64,000 nt of DNA from the NCBI GenBank assembly GCA_028534125.1, contig CM052816.1, positions 41,170,001 through 41,234,000 on the forward strand. Reading direction: 5' to 3'. A program made the translations under genes and the position numbers. Source of the stretch: Lama glama. Lineage: Eukaryota. This document shows positions 1 to 12,299 of the stretch, piece after piece; the first letter of the stretch is position 1; the number at the start of each line of letters is the position of its first letter. The notes below the pieces were generated by a model. The model was given only the letters and a program-made list of their open reading frames with translations, did not search any database and was not told the origin of the DNA.

Positions 1-1018
1 TAAGCTTAATATTTTTAAATGCAACATTTTAATCATCCTTTAAAACTGCCAGAAATGCCTTTAAACAGAGTATCTGCAACTCATCTGAAAGGTATAACAT
101 AAATTCAAGTTCTTTTTATGTCCTGTAAATAGCACTTAATTATCTTCTTATCTTATCCTCACATTAGCATCCAAGGTTTCATGGAGACTTGGAATTACTT
201 AATAATGTAAAAATGGAATGGTTTATATTATTCAAATTTCTCTCCCCTTTCTGGGAGTCCAAGAGGAATGTGAGAGACAAGGTTATTAGTGATTGTGTTG
301 TCATTAAGATGTCTGGCCTGCTATTCTACAAGATCTTCATTTAAGAGATTAGAGGGAACTTGTATAACAAAGTAGTTTGAAAACACTTAACATTGATGGA
401 GACATATGAACACACACACAAGGGAGAAGGTGAAAAATGTAGATGAGCTTTCAGGATTGGGAGTATTTTGTACAAAAAATATCCGGTTATGCCATTATTA
501 AGCTGCTTTACTACAGCACTAAAATAGTAATTTATGTATTCAAATTCATGGGTAAAGACCTGGGCTACCCGCAGTAAATTATAGAAGTAAAGTAGCAAGC
601 TTCTGGAATATTATTAGAATTCTGAATTCTGGGAAAAGCATAATGCTTTACTCAAAGAGCACATCAATAGAAGAGCAAATACTAAAAAGTAGTAATGAAA
701 GAAGAATTTTATAACACATTCCAAAATAATAACTGTATTATTATGCATGGCAGTTGAGAAGTATTTTAATAATGATGTTAAGAAAGATGGAAGATTTCAA
801 TTCAAGTACACCTGATTTAAGCCTAGATGTAGATAACATTTTCAGTTTCGAATGTGTGTTGGAAAGGTTTTGTTTACCAGTTGGTCCCTTGAATATTTTG
901 GTGTTTTCCTCAGCAGCCTTGGCATAACATATAAGCATTTCCCCTTGTCATTTTTGTCTGAGAGAGCAAAAGATAAATAAAGTGATGGTACGGATGACAG
1001 AGCAAGGTTTCTTGTACA

Positions 1019-1100
1019 AGTGTGTGCGTTTGTATGTATGTGTGTATATATATGGATTATACTCATATTGATACCTATATATATGTATATATACACGTAC
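1019..1100. repeat. Degenerate (TG)n/(TA)n low-complexity tract
   Basis: gtgtgcgtttgtatgtatgtgtgtatatatatgg...tatatatatgtatatatacacg read directly. Confidence 0.7.
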
Positions 1101-3537
1101 TTGTTATAAAAGCTCTAATATACGTGTACAACTATAAACAAGTAATTCAATTAGAAGCAGAAACTTTAGGTAAATGGATGAAAAAACTGGAGGATAAATA
1201 TGTGAAGTAAAAACAGGTTTGAGGGTACGTTACCGGCAGAAAAAGATGATGAGTTACACAACTGTATCTGGTCGGGAGACGAGAGCATTAGAGTACCACA
1301 GCCATGCTGACATCTTGGAATCATCTTCTTTTGTGGCTCACAGTGGAAAACAAAACAGTGAATTTTTTGTTTTCTATGTTCAACAGCTTGGGCCCTACTC
1401 TCAACCTACCAAATCAGGATTCCCAGGGTGGGACTGAGAGCGCTGAGACGTGCAGTTGTGATTTAGGGTCTGATGGAATGCAGCCTCCTGATTTTACACC
1501 TTGGAATTGAAATTTACTTTAAGTATTGCCAAAAAAATTTACTCAATAAAAAAAGAAAATTTCAAAAGTACTCCAATCATTGCTTAAAAGATATTGTCAT
1601 TTAAATGTTACTGTCCTATCAGGTCACCATTATGCTGCGTGTTAAATATCTTCATATTCAACTGAGAAAACTCAACTCAGAAAATGTCAAGGCGATGTAT
1701 AATATCTCCATTGTTATCAAAACTCTATTAAAAGGGATACACATGATGGATAGGAAGGGAAGTGTGATGTAATCAGTTTTCTTCCTATGGCAGGATCTGC
1801 AAGCAGGCTCTTCTTTGGCTTACTATTTATCATTCTAACTCCAGACTGGATGCTGATCTTATTTCATAACTTTCCCAATTTTCAAAACACTGTGAACCTC
1901 TATTTTTCTCCAAAATTAAATTCTGACATCCTTGGCAAGATGACAATTATTTCATTGCCCCTTTTCTTTTTGTTTATTTATGTTACCCCATTACATAATG
2001 GTTAAGGCTAATGGCTCTGAGGTCTCACACAGCAGCTATCATCTGCCAGGTGTTCATAATTTCATGTGAACGCCTTGCCCTTGGGCTGTGTTCTTCTAGA
2101 TAGGAAAGTAGCCATGTTCTCACTCCTCATTCCTCCACCAACACTAAACAGACATCTGGGCAAGGACTGCAGTTTAATCATAAACCCAAATTTCACTATC
2201 TATTTCCAAAATGAATCATCAGCAAGAGACACACTGTGAATGACACCTATTCTATCCCGTATGAGTTTTCAAAGCCACGTAGCCCCATCCTGCACCCAGC
2301 ACTGCAGACCTTCACACCTGTCCTCTGGCCCACGACCTGACCCCGATCTTTCCTAGAAGGTGAAAGAAAAGACTCACATCTTTTGGGTGAGTCTTTCATC
2401 TTTGGGTGAATCCAAATTGGCCTACAAATAGTGTTCACGAGATACATTATTTTTATCACACAATTTTCTCTATTTTATAACAGGGGAGAAATAATGCAAG
2501 TTTGTGAGGAAAAAAGCATTCAGACAGTTGGACTACCGAAGCTGTTCATGTGCAATTCTCAGGTTGGTGGGCTAGAAATACATTCCCCAAGATAAGCCAT
2601 AGCCCTCATGCCTGGTGACTACATTCTATAAAGAAAAGGAGGGAGAATGGTTTGAGAACCAAACTTCTGTAGCATTGCACTTTCCCACTAACTATGCAGT
2701 TGTACTCCATCACTGCTCATCCCAATAGTATTTTTTTAAGGTTACTCGGAATTCATTACACTCTTTTCCCTCTAACATGAAAAAAGCACTTAGTAGAGCT
2801 ACAAGCTCTTATTATTCATGTGCCAAGAACAAAATCACATTTGACATACTACCAATTTTGTACAACTTAAATGTGCAATAACTAACTGGGAGACATGTGA
2901 CAGTTACATAAATATATGCTCCCTTATTAACCAGAAACTCATTCTGCTTTCTCTCTGAACAAAGTGTCTGTCATTTTATTTATTGGCAGCTGTATTTACA
3001 ATCTTCTTTACAATAGTATAACTTGTGACTCTGTTTACACAAAGAGTGAAACTTCGAAGAACAGCTTAGGTCTAAAAGAGGAAAACAATATTCTGTACTT
3101 GCTCTAGAAGTCAAGTTAATGGGTTTACCAGAAAATTTGCTACACTTTCTATTATGCAGTTTTAATGACTTACAAAGTGGTTTTTTTTTTTAATAGTATT
3201 TTGTAGTGTTCTCAGGACTTGGAGTAAGTAGACTGAAAGCTAACAAAACCTAATATCCAAAAATGTGTTAACTACTTGATACTTTCCTTTTTGACTTGTG
3301 AAAATAACATACCAAAAAATTCCCACTGCATTTGAATCCCCTAACAAAAAGACTTACATCTTTCTGTGCAAAGGACTCTGTTTATTATTTTCACTGTAAC
3401 TGTTATTCTGAGTCATAGTATTTACAATACTGTTGTCATCAGTTCTTCTGTGATTCAATGATTCCTTCCGAGCAATTTTGACATTTTAGTGCAGTGTCAC
3501 AGCTATGGTGTTGGTACAATAGTACAACAGAACAATA

Positions 3538-4533
3538 ACACTACAGTAACTGAAACAGTATGGAACTGGCAATAAGTACCGACACATAGAACAGTGGGAC
3601 AGGACAGAGCGCCCAGAAAACAGCGCATGCACATACTGTGAACTGATCTTTGACAAGGGTGCCAAGAACACGCCATGAGGAAAGGACAGGCTTTTCAACA
3701 AGTGCTGGGAAAACTGTATATCCACACTCAGAAGAACGGAAGTGCACTCTTACTTTATACCATACCCAAAATCAACTCAAAATGCATTAAAGATTTATAC
3801 ATATGCTGAAACCACAAAAATCGTAGAAGAAAACCAAGAGGGATAGTTTCATGACAACAAATGTGGCAGCGACTTTTGGATATCCTACCGAAAGCACAGG
3901 CACAAAAGCAGAAAATAGACACGTGAGATTTCATCAAACTAAAAAGCTTCTGGCACAACAAAACAACCAGTCAATGGTGTAAAAAGGCAATCCATAGAAA
4001 AGGAGAAAATATGTGAAAGCCATACACTTCATAACAGAGCACTATCTAAAACACATAAGGAACTCTAAATACGCAAGAGAAAACAGTCAAATATCCTCAT
4101 TTTAAAATGGGCAAAAAACTTGAATAGAAATTTCTCCTAAGAAGACATACAGCTGGCCGACATGTATATGAGAAGATGATCAAGATGACTAATTATCAAG
4201 GAAATCAAACCCACAATGAGTTTTTACCTCAAACCTGTCAAGATGACTACCATCTAAAAAAAAAAGCATTGCCAAGGATTTGGAGAAATTAGAATCACTG
4301 TGCACTCTTGGTGAGAATATAAACTGGTACAGCCACTAAGCAAAGTACTACAGAGGTCCTCAAAAAATTAAAAATAAAACTACCACATGATCCACTTCTA
4401 CATATATAGATATAGATATAGATATAGATATATAAAGGAACTCAGATATTCGCACTCCCATGTTCATTGGAGCAATATTCACAGTAGCCAAGATATGGAA
4501 ACAACCTAAATATCCATCAGTGGATGAATGAAC
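3538..4533 (+). mobile_element. LINE-1 fragment: ORF2 C-terminal part into the start of the 3' UTR, 3'-truncated
   Basis: Decayed ORF2 motifs (acagtaactgaaacagtatggaactgg ~ TVxxTVWxW; ctgatctttgacaagggtgccaag ~ LIFDKGAK; ttcaacaagtgctgggaaaactg), then atgttcattggagcaatattcacagtagccaagatatggaaacaacctaaatatccatcag. Ends abruptly at 4533. Confidence 0.9.
4402..4434. repeat. (ATATAG)n microsatellite inside the L1
   Basis: atatatagatatagatatagatatagatatata. Confidence 0.85.
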
Positions 4534-7500
4534 AGCCATGTTCTCACTACTCATTCCTCCACAAACATATTGAACAGACCTCCACTCAGGGATTGCCGTT
4601 TAATCATACATTCACATTTAACTATCACTTTCCAAAAAAAATCAGGAAGTCTGAGTTCTGATTTCCTCCAGATAACAATTTCAGTAAAATATATTAAAAT
4701 GCAAAATTATTTTAAGTCTTTTTCACATTGTTGGTGCTTCTGATTTGCCATTATCCTGTTCTGTTTCGTTTTTTTCTGCTTTATCTGATCAGCTAGCTTT
4801 TTAGAAAAGGACTTTGGGCAAAGGTCACGGAAACCTCAGGGTGAATATTCTACAGTTCAGTACTGCTTTTGCATGAAATTAGATGACCCCGTCTTCAAAA
4901 GACCTTGGGGCTGTGCTTAGGGCCTCGAGGGCTCTGCCCAGCTCTATGTTCCTCAGTGTCATGACCACCTTTCTCATGAGATTCTAAAGGGAAGATACAA
5001 ATGGCAGATAATAAGAATTTTCTATTTTTTTTCCACAAGACAATTGGTGTATTTTTTCATATATAGTCATTACTTTTTCACTCAGTTTTGGCATTTCAGT
5101 AATCAAAAGAAAAGCCCTGGAAACTGGCCTCTGTTTATTACCAGAACGATAAATCTGAATTGTGAATCTTTACTAATGAGTCTTGCAAAACCCAGTAAGT
5201 TGTATATCCAAAACTGGATTAGCACTGGGTCCTTCCTAATGCCAATTTGGGATGCTATCCATGAGACCATAATCAAAACACACTTGAAATTCCTCTTTTA
5301 ATTTTCTAGTGGTTTCACTTATTCCGAAAGTAAACAGTGTTTTGAAATAGCCAAACCATTTGGAAGCAAACTTCAGGACTAAGTATGACATTCATTATCT
5401 AGAATAAAAATCTAGGTATGCACACGATGTACTAAGAGTAATTTTCTCATGTGGCACACATTATGGCTCAAAAGACAATTTTTGAGCAGAATTTAATATA
5501 GATAGTAATAATGATGAGTAAGAGGAAGGGAGGGAGAGAGCGAGCGAGCGAGCCAGCAAACAAATGGTTTGTCAAAACCACCAACAACACTGAAAAAAGT
5601 ACACTGCCTCCAAAGGTAAATTATTCTGGCTATGTTCATTCGAGCGTGTTTACTTTTTATAAACTAGCATTACTACTGTATCATCAGACTCTCATTCGTT
5701 TTTCAGATTTAAGTGTGCATGAGGTTCCACCAAATTAATGCACATGCAAGGAGGGGGACTCTGGTTCCTAAGTAATTGAATTTTTTTTTTATCTCTAAAC
5801 CCAAATGACTTGACACCCACCTACAAAGATTTGTTTATTTCTAGACTTAAACCATAGACTTAATAATGACTCACAGTTTACTAAGAAATAGCTAATGTCT
5901 ATTTTCAGGACATTTTTATCAAAATATTATTTCTACTTACAAAACAAAAACAGAAGCACAAAAGAAATGACCAATTGCTGTAGCATTTGTCAAGTGATAG
6001 CAGTGCTACTGCTTAGTAGCTTAAGTAATTAAAGTAATAACTGCTACCTGAAGAAGCAGAGGACAGGAGAACTTCACTGTCACCAGTTCCCACAAACCCC
6101 TTAAACAACTTACGCAGTTGGGCTGTGTATTCTGTGTCTTAGGGATTTAAAATAATATTAATTGACCAAGAAATGTGTTTAAATGGTAAATTAGCGTGTC
6201 TTCAGGCAAAAGGCGCACTGTGTAAGTGCTACAAGTGAAATAAGTAAGTATAAAGTAAAATGTGACAAACTTAGAAACTAGAACACTAAGGGGAAATGAG
6301 TTCTAATAACAAGCAATTTATTTTTCAACCCCAAATGACTTCATTTAATGCAGTTTATGGCCTCGAGAGTTCAATCCATATATGGTAAAAATAAAACTCT
6401 GTGAGGTTAGGGAGGCGTTTTAAAATAGAGAAGGTTGCAAAGCCAAAGCACAGGTCAGGAAGGATTCACGAAGAGTCCTTGGCTCTGAACACAAGCCTAC
6501 ATAAAAGCAAAGCAAAAACTAAATTCTTGAAATTTATGTGTTTGAATTCTGGTACCTTCTCTTCCCTCAACCCCAATGCAAAGAAAAAAATATATATATT
6601 ATGGGCAGCATTATTTGAGATGAATCATTCATTACTAAGTTCCATCTTCCCAGACGTCTGCACTGGCAGAGGGCCGCATCACCTTTTCCGAGCACTTCTG
6701 AGGGGATGTGTCCTGGAGCCCAATTGGTATTCAGAGCAGAGCAGCCTTTGAAGAACTCGATGTACTCCCCGAAGGCTGTTTCTCATCTGCAATCCAAAGG
6801 GCCGCCACTTTCTGACAGACTTTCACTTTTATCTTTCCAGCCTACTGTGGACTGCTGTAATTACCAAAGCACACAGGGCAGGAGAAAAAGTCGTGTTTCG
6901 CTGGTTTCCCCTATATTTATTTACTTCCATTTCACCTTTCTGCCTGACTAGGCATTTCTTTTTCATTTGGCTGACTCTCTTTCTCTAAGGTTGTTTTTTC
7001 CTCCCTCTTTATCACTCTCTGCTTCAACCTCCCCCACCTCCCCCCATCTTTCTCCCCCCTTGCTGCCAACAGAGTTTTTACACTTTGACTAAGAGCATTC
7101 ACATACCTAAAAATCATCTTGCTGACAGCAGAGGGGACAAGGCTACTGCAGAAGTAGAGATGAGTAAGGAGCCTATTTTTTCTTTTTTTTTTTTTCTATT
7201 TTTTCTCTCAGTTCAAAGAGCAACAGGAGACCAACTTCCTACCAACCAGCACCACAATTTCTTTACTTAGAGAAGAAATCACATTAAGCATGATTACTGG
7301 TTCAGCCTTCAGTGGATATACAGGTATCTCTGAGAGTAGCGAGGTCAAGCACTCATAAGCTCTTATCAGCCACAATATGAAACAATCTTACTGGGAGGTT
7401 TTTGTTGTTGTTTCTGTTTTGTTACTCCCAAGCCTGAACCAACATTGCAATTTATTTTGTATATAAAATGACCTTGCTTTTAGACAGTCTTGTTCTACAC

Positions 7501-7660
7501 TAAGGGAGAGAATTAACCTGCCCTGAGAAACGGTGTGCACTGTAGCCACAAGAACAGGGAAGAGGCCAGTAGCTGCCATCACAACTGGAACACTAAGATG
7601 AGCCTATTTCCTACAGGAAAGCAGAAGAGTAAGAGACTAGCATGTAAAAAGACTCATTAG

Positions 7661-7830
7661 GAGGGAGGGTATAGCTCAGTAGTAGAGTACGTGCTTAGCA
7701 TGCATGAGGTCCTAGGTTCAATCCCCAGTATCTCCGTTAAAAATAAATACACCTAATTACCTTCCCCTTCCAAAAAAAAATAAAGATTTAAAAGCATAAA
7801 AGTTTAAGAAAAAAAAGCTAGTTAAAAAAT
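7661..7830 (+). mobile_element. tRNA-derived SINE, vic-1-like (camelid)
   Basis: GGGAGGGTATAGCTCAGTAGTAGAG (A box) and GGTTCAATCCCCAG (B box), then aaataaatacacctaattacc and an A-rich tail. TSD-like aaaaagactcattag (7646-7660) / aaaaatggctcattag (7825-7840). Family name from memory. Confidence 0.85.
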
Positions 7831-7967
7831 GGCTCATTAGTGACAACACACCTGAAGGTCCCTCAGTAGGACTGCACATGTTCACAATTCAAGTCTCAAT
7901 AGAGGATTTAATTTCCTTTCTACTTTTGTCACTTATGCAGTCACAGTTTATCTCCCTTAAAGAAGAT

Positions 7968-8049
7968 CCATGTATAACTGAATCATTATAGCAGTACATC
8001 AGAAACTAACACAGCATTGTAAATCAACTATACTTCAATTTAAAAAAAG
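7968..8049 (+). mobile_element. 5'-truncated artiodactyl-type L1 3' terminus
   Basis: tgtataactgaatcatt...agaaactaacacagcattgtaaatcaactatacttcaatttaaaaaaa. Confidence 0.85.
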
Positions 8050-9435
8050 AATACCCAGCATTATCTTTTCCATAATATAACTACAAAAAGAATACGAGGG
8101 GTGTGTTCCGTATTGAACAGAAGGGCAAAAGTTGCAAAGGGGAAGGGCCTTACTAACAACAGGCCAGCCGCCCATGGTGGGGTAAGAGCATCCACATTGT
8201 ATTCTTCATGCAGGTTTGAGAAGAATGAGCCTCTTACAGTCCAGGCAATTCTGAGTTTCTTTCCAAGCCGAGATGGTGACCAGTAGGCCCACCAAGGCAA
8301 TGGAGAGGCAATTATCTACATTATCTCAGGCACCGATTTACTCAATATGACTGTGTTGATGATGCTGGCTTGACTAAAGTCAGCAAGAGAAACAGGGGGT
8401 CAAGTAAACCTCAAACTCTCCAGTGTGCAAATCCAGGTTCCCACCTTTTATTCAAATTCCTCCCCTTCTGAGGTAGCCTGTTTTCTGTGACACAGAACTT
8501 CTCCAATTCCATCTTTGTTTCCCCCTACAGCCTTATAGAGGTAAAATTAATAATAAAATGACTTCAGTAAAATGCTTTTACTACATTTTCCTTCACCTGA
8601 AGATGGTTTTATATATTATACCACCGTTACCATAAGGTAGGGTTTCTTTTGACAAGACAGCTACTAAACTATGGTGAGTGAAGCTTTAAGCAAAGACTAA
8701 TTTTTTCTATTTTTTATTTTATCTTCTGGCTCCCCATTGCCTTTGCTCTTTGCTCAACAGAACGGAAGCCTGGAAATCATATCACCCTTCTTCCTGATTT
8801 CTTTTGCCTAGTTCTCTCTCTTCTTACTCTCAATAAGGTCTCACCCTAGTTCCTCAAGTCCTGGTTCACCTACAAAAATTTTTGACCTGCACAGTCCTTC
8901 CTCCACTTAATACTCTAATTTTCTGATGAGTTTTCTTCCCCCCATATAGCAGAGATTCATCTCTCGCCAATATTTTGCAATTAAAGTTTGCCAAAATATT
9001 CCACACCCAAAACACTGTAAAATTATAGTATTACTGCTCTGATGAAACAAAAATACACTTAAGAATGGAAAATAAGGATCAACATTGCAAAAGAGGGTGG
9101 ATTAGGACAGACAGAGATTGAGGAAAAGATTTCATTATTGAGGCCCTTTCTCCCAGGTCCCTCCAAAATATAACCAATACTCCACTCACCATCCCAGGAG
9201 CTAGCTGACAAGTTCTTTTGCACTACAAATTGCAGAAACTCCCACCTCTCTACCTATACTGCTCAGCTAAGATTCCTGTCAGAATCTGCAATTCATCTTT
9301 AACAGCAAAAATGCTTCATTAACAAAAAAGAGAGAGAGAGAGAGAAAACAGCATTATGCTTATGAGAATAAACAATTGCCTCTTGCAGAAAATTCACTTC
9401 TGCATAATAAGTAGAATAATGAGGAGACTGAAAAT

Positions 9436-9670
9436 TATAGTGGTTGAGATCACAGATTTCAGTGTAAGGAGACTCTGGATTCAATTACAGCTCTAATATT
9501 TACTCAGCAGAAAACCTTAGACAAAGTACTTAATCTGAGTCTCCGTTTTGTCATCTGTAAAATGAAGATGTTCATCTACCTACTTCAGAGGACTGTTGCA
9601 TAAGGTAAATAAAACAACAAGTAAAGCAGTGGGAGCACCACCTTATATAATTCATTTAATGCTCAAATAA
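9436..9670 (+). mobile_element. MIR SINE
   Basis: ggattcaattacagctct...accttagacaaagtacttaatctgagtctccgttttgtcatctgtaaaatgaagatg (MIR core). Confidence 0.8.
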
Positions 9671-11291
9671 TTTTATTTTTTATAAAACAGATATGTAGAA
9701 AACATTTGGAAAAAAATTTACAGAATAATTAGGTGAGGGTTGAAGAAAAATTATCTAATGAACCTGAATTCTTATCAGTCTTTCTTATGCCTGATGTCAT
9801 GTTAATTGCTACTACTCCAGAAGAAAATTTAAGCTGCTCCTCGACTCTTTAAGGGAACGTGGCCACTGGCACACTGAGGCCCTGAATAGGACACAATAAT
9901 GAATTAGTACTCTCCAAGGTCAGGAGTAGAGAGGGAAGCCTGTTTCAATTAACTCAACTCTTCTGGAGATTACAAGAAGAGAAAGGACTCTATCTTAATT
10001 GGTACACCTGGATCTTTAGAATCATAATACAGCTCATCAAAATAAGGTCACAAGAAACACATTCTTCACTCTGTAATGCAAATACAAGTTGTCTAAATTC
10101 ATCTTTCTTGGTCTCACCATGTTTTCTCTTTTCTATGTGGTTTGCAACATCTTAACTGCCATTCATAAATCCTGACAATATATATCTAGACAATCAAGTG
10201 ACCAGCCCCCACCATCATGCTTACACATACCATGCCTAGGCACCACCCTAAATGTGTGATAAGGGCATTAACTCTTCTTAGACTGGGTGTTAATACAAAG
10301 CTTTTCATTCCTTCATTTACCCAATGTTTATTTTCCCCTCTGTCTTTCTGGAAATAAAACCATGAAAAACTAAAATGTAATCACTCTCTGAATATTCTTA
10401 GTTTTCTGAATTTTGTCTTGAATAGAGATTTGCTGTTGATAAAATGACCAATTCTAGACAAATTAAGAGTGTCAACTATAAAATTCAGCCTTCTTTTTTT
10501 CTAAATCACCAAAACTATCTTTTACTAACACCCAAAATATATTAAAAATATCCTCCTTCAATAACATATTTATATGAATATTAGTACAGGTCATTGTACC
10601 TGATCATTTGAAAATGTTAGGAATCTAATTCCCAAAAGCTGAGGGAAAATATTACTACCAAGAAGATAGACAGGTTCATGGGATTGATACTGAATGCAAA
10701 GGTATTAACAGGTATAGTATGATAAGCAAGAAACAAAATTGCAACTGGCTTTCCTATGTGAATGCCAATCAGTTTCCATAGTAACATTATTTTAACTTCT
10801 GATTTTGGTCACTTCTTACGTATCTCCAGCTAATTCACTCACTTTCATGGTATGTGAGTACTTTCCAACAAATCTTTTCTTCACATTATATTGTTCATAG
10901 TTTGCACCCTATTAATTTTCATATTGACACTAGAGATTGTGTCATAAAATGCCCAGGCTTATCTTGTATATTGAATTAAAATAATATTCTAAACATCTCA
11001 CAGCTTTTTGTGATTAAAGCAGATTTTATGCTTGAGAAGGGCAGAGTAGATCTAATCCAATGTCTGGAAAATGAAATAGATCTTTAATACTTTGCAGTGT
11101 AAAATACTTGTACACATGATACAACAGGTAAACAATGGTTAAGCCAATTATATTAAGAAAATATCAAAGGTATCCACTGACTTTCCCTGATGCACAGGGT
11201 TTTTCATTTAATACTTTTCAGATGACATGAGTAATGTTGTGTGCAGAGGTGCTTAATAAATATTTTGATTGAAAATTTTATTGTTAAATGC

Positions 11292-12169
11292 ACTTCAATA
11301 ATATAACGTAATAAAGGAATAGTAACCTAAATCTTATTTGTCTGCAGCTCACCAAGGTCACTGACTTGCTACCAAATGGAAGACACCAGAGAATAGCAAA
11401 ACGTTTGTAGAAAGTGATAGGGTAAAACAATGAAGCTTCAAAACTCCCAAGTCCTCCAGTTACCAACATTATGAAAAGCTTGAAAGGAAAAACTTCATTC
11501 TTTGTCCTCACCTGTGTCATAAATAAACCAACCAACTGAATCCAATATAATTCTAGTACATTCTTCCCATAAAGAAGCAGCAGTCTATTATTAGACTAAA
11601 TTACCTCACCTTATAGAAACTTTAGTATGTGAGAACATTCTTCTGGCTCAGTTCTGGTACCTTGTGCAAAATTCTTTTGATTCATAACATATTTTGAGTC
11701 AACAGAAAGTCACTATCCCAACACTACCTAATAGCCTTGTCAACAGTAGAGCACCCACTTTCAACTGAATCTTGGGAAGTAAAAGCCAGTTAAAGGTACG
11801 GACCCCATGCTCTCACACAACAAGATTTGGAAGATAGGACTGCCAATGGTTATTTCATGATATCTACAAGTAAGTCATACGGAAGGGGCAAGTAAGCACA
11901 AAGACAGTATCACGACCTTAAATCCATCATTCCAGGATGACGAGGTAATAAGAATGACGACTCCTACTTCTTCAGCTCTCTCCGGATGTGAAGAATGGGG
12001 ATCTTACAAAATCATCAAGATTAGGTCCCCCACAGTACACATATATCCTGAGGGAGAGCAACACCTGCAGATGAATTTTTCTGAATCAGACTAAGATGAA
12101 GATTTAAAGATTGAGTCACTGAGAATATTTAAGCTTTTCCACTTGGTCCCCATACCACTGCTATCCGTC
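11292..12169. other. Unidentified non-repeat segment bounded by a 16-bp direct repeat (possible old retrocopy or endogenous viral element)
   Basis: ttttattgttaaatgc (11276-11291) and ttttatttttaaatgc (12170-12185), 15/16 identical. The interior is more GC/CpG-rich than the flanks, has stops in all frames, and matches no repeat I recognise. Confidence 0.4.
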
Positions 12170-12299
12170 TTTTATTTTTAAATGCCCAGTGTTAGAAAGT
12201 GTTAAATTCAGTAGAACCACAGGCTAGGCTAAGAATTAATTAAATAGGTTACAAATATTGAAGATACTGCCCAGAAGCCATACAAGAAAAAAAAAAAAA

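Noticed and set aside
7028..7060. Possible G-quadruplex on the minus strand
   Set aside because: Only three long G tracts; the fourth is just GG.
7661..7735. tRNA-like sequence with A and B boxes (also 62519-62590)
   Set aside because: Followed by a SINE body, A-rich tail and TSD, so these are SINE heads rather than tRNA genes.
11292..12169. NUMT explanation for the unidentified segment
   Set aside because: I see no mitochondrial gene, rRNA or tRNA similarity in either orientation; a BLASTN would settle it.
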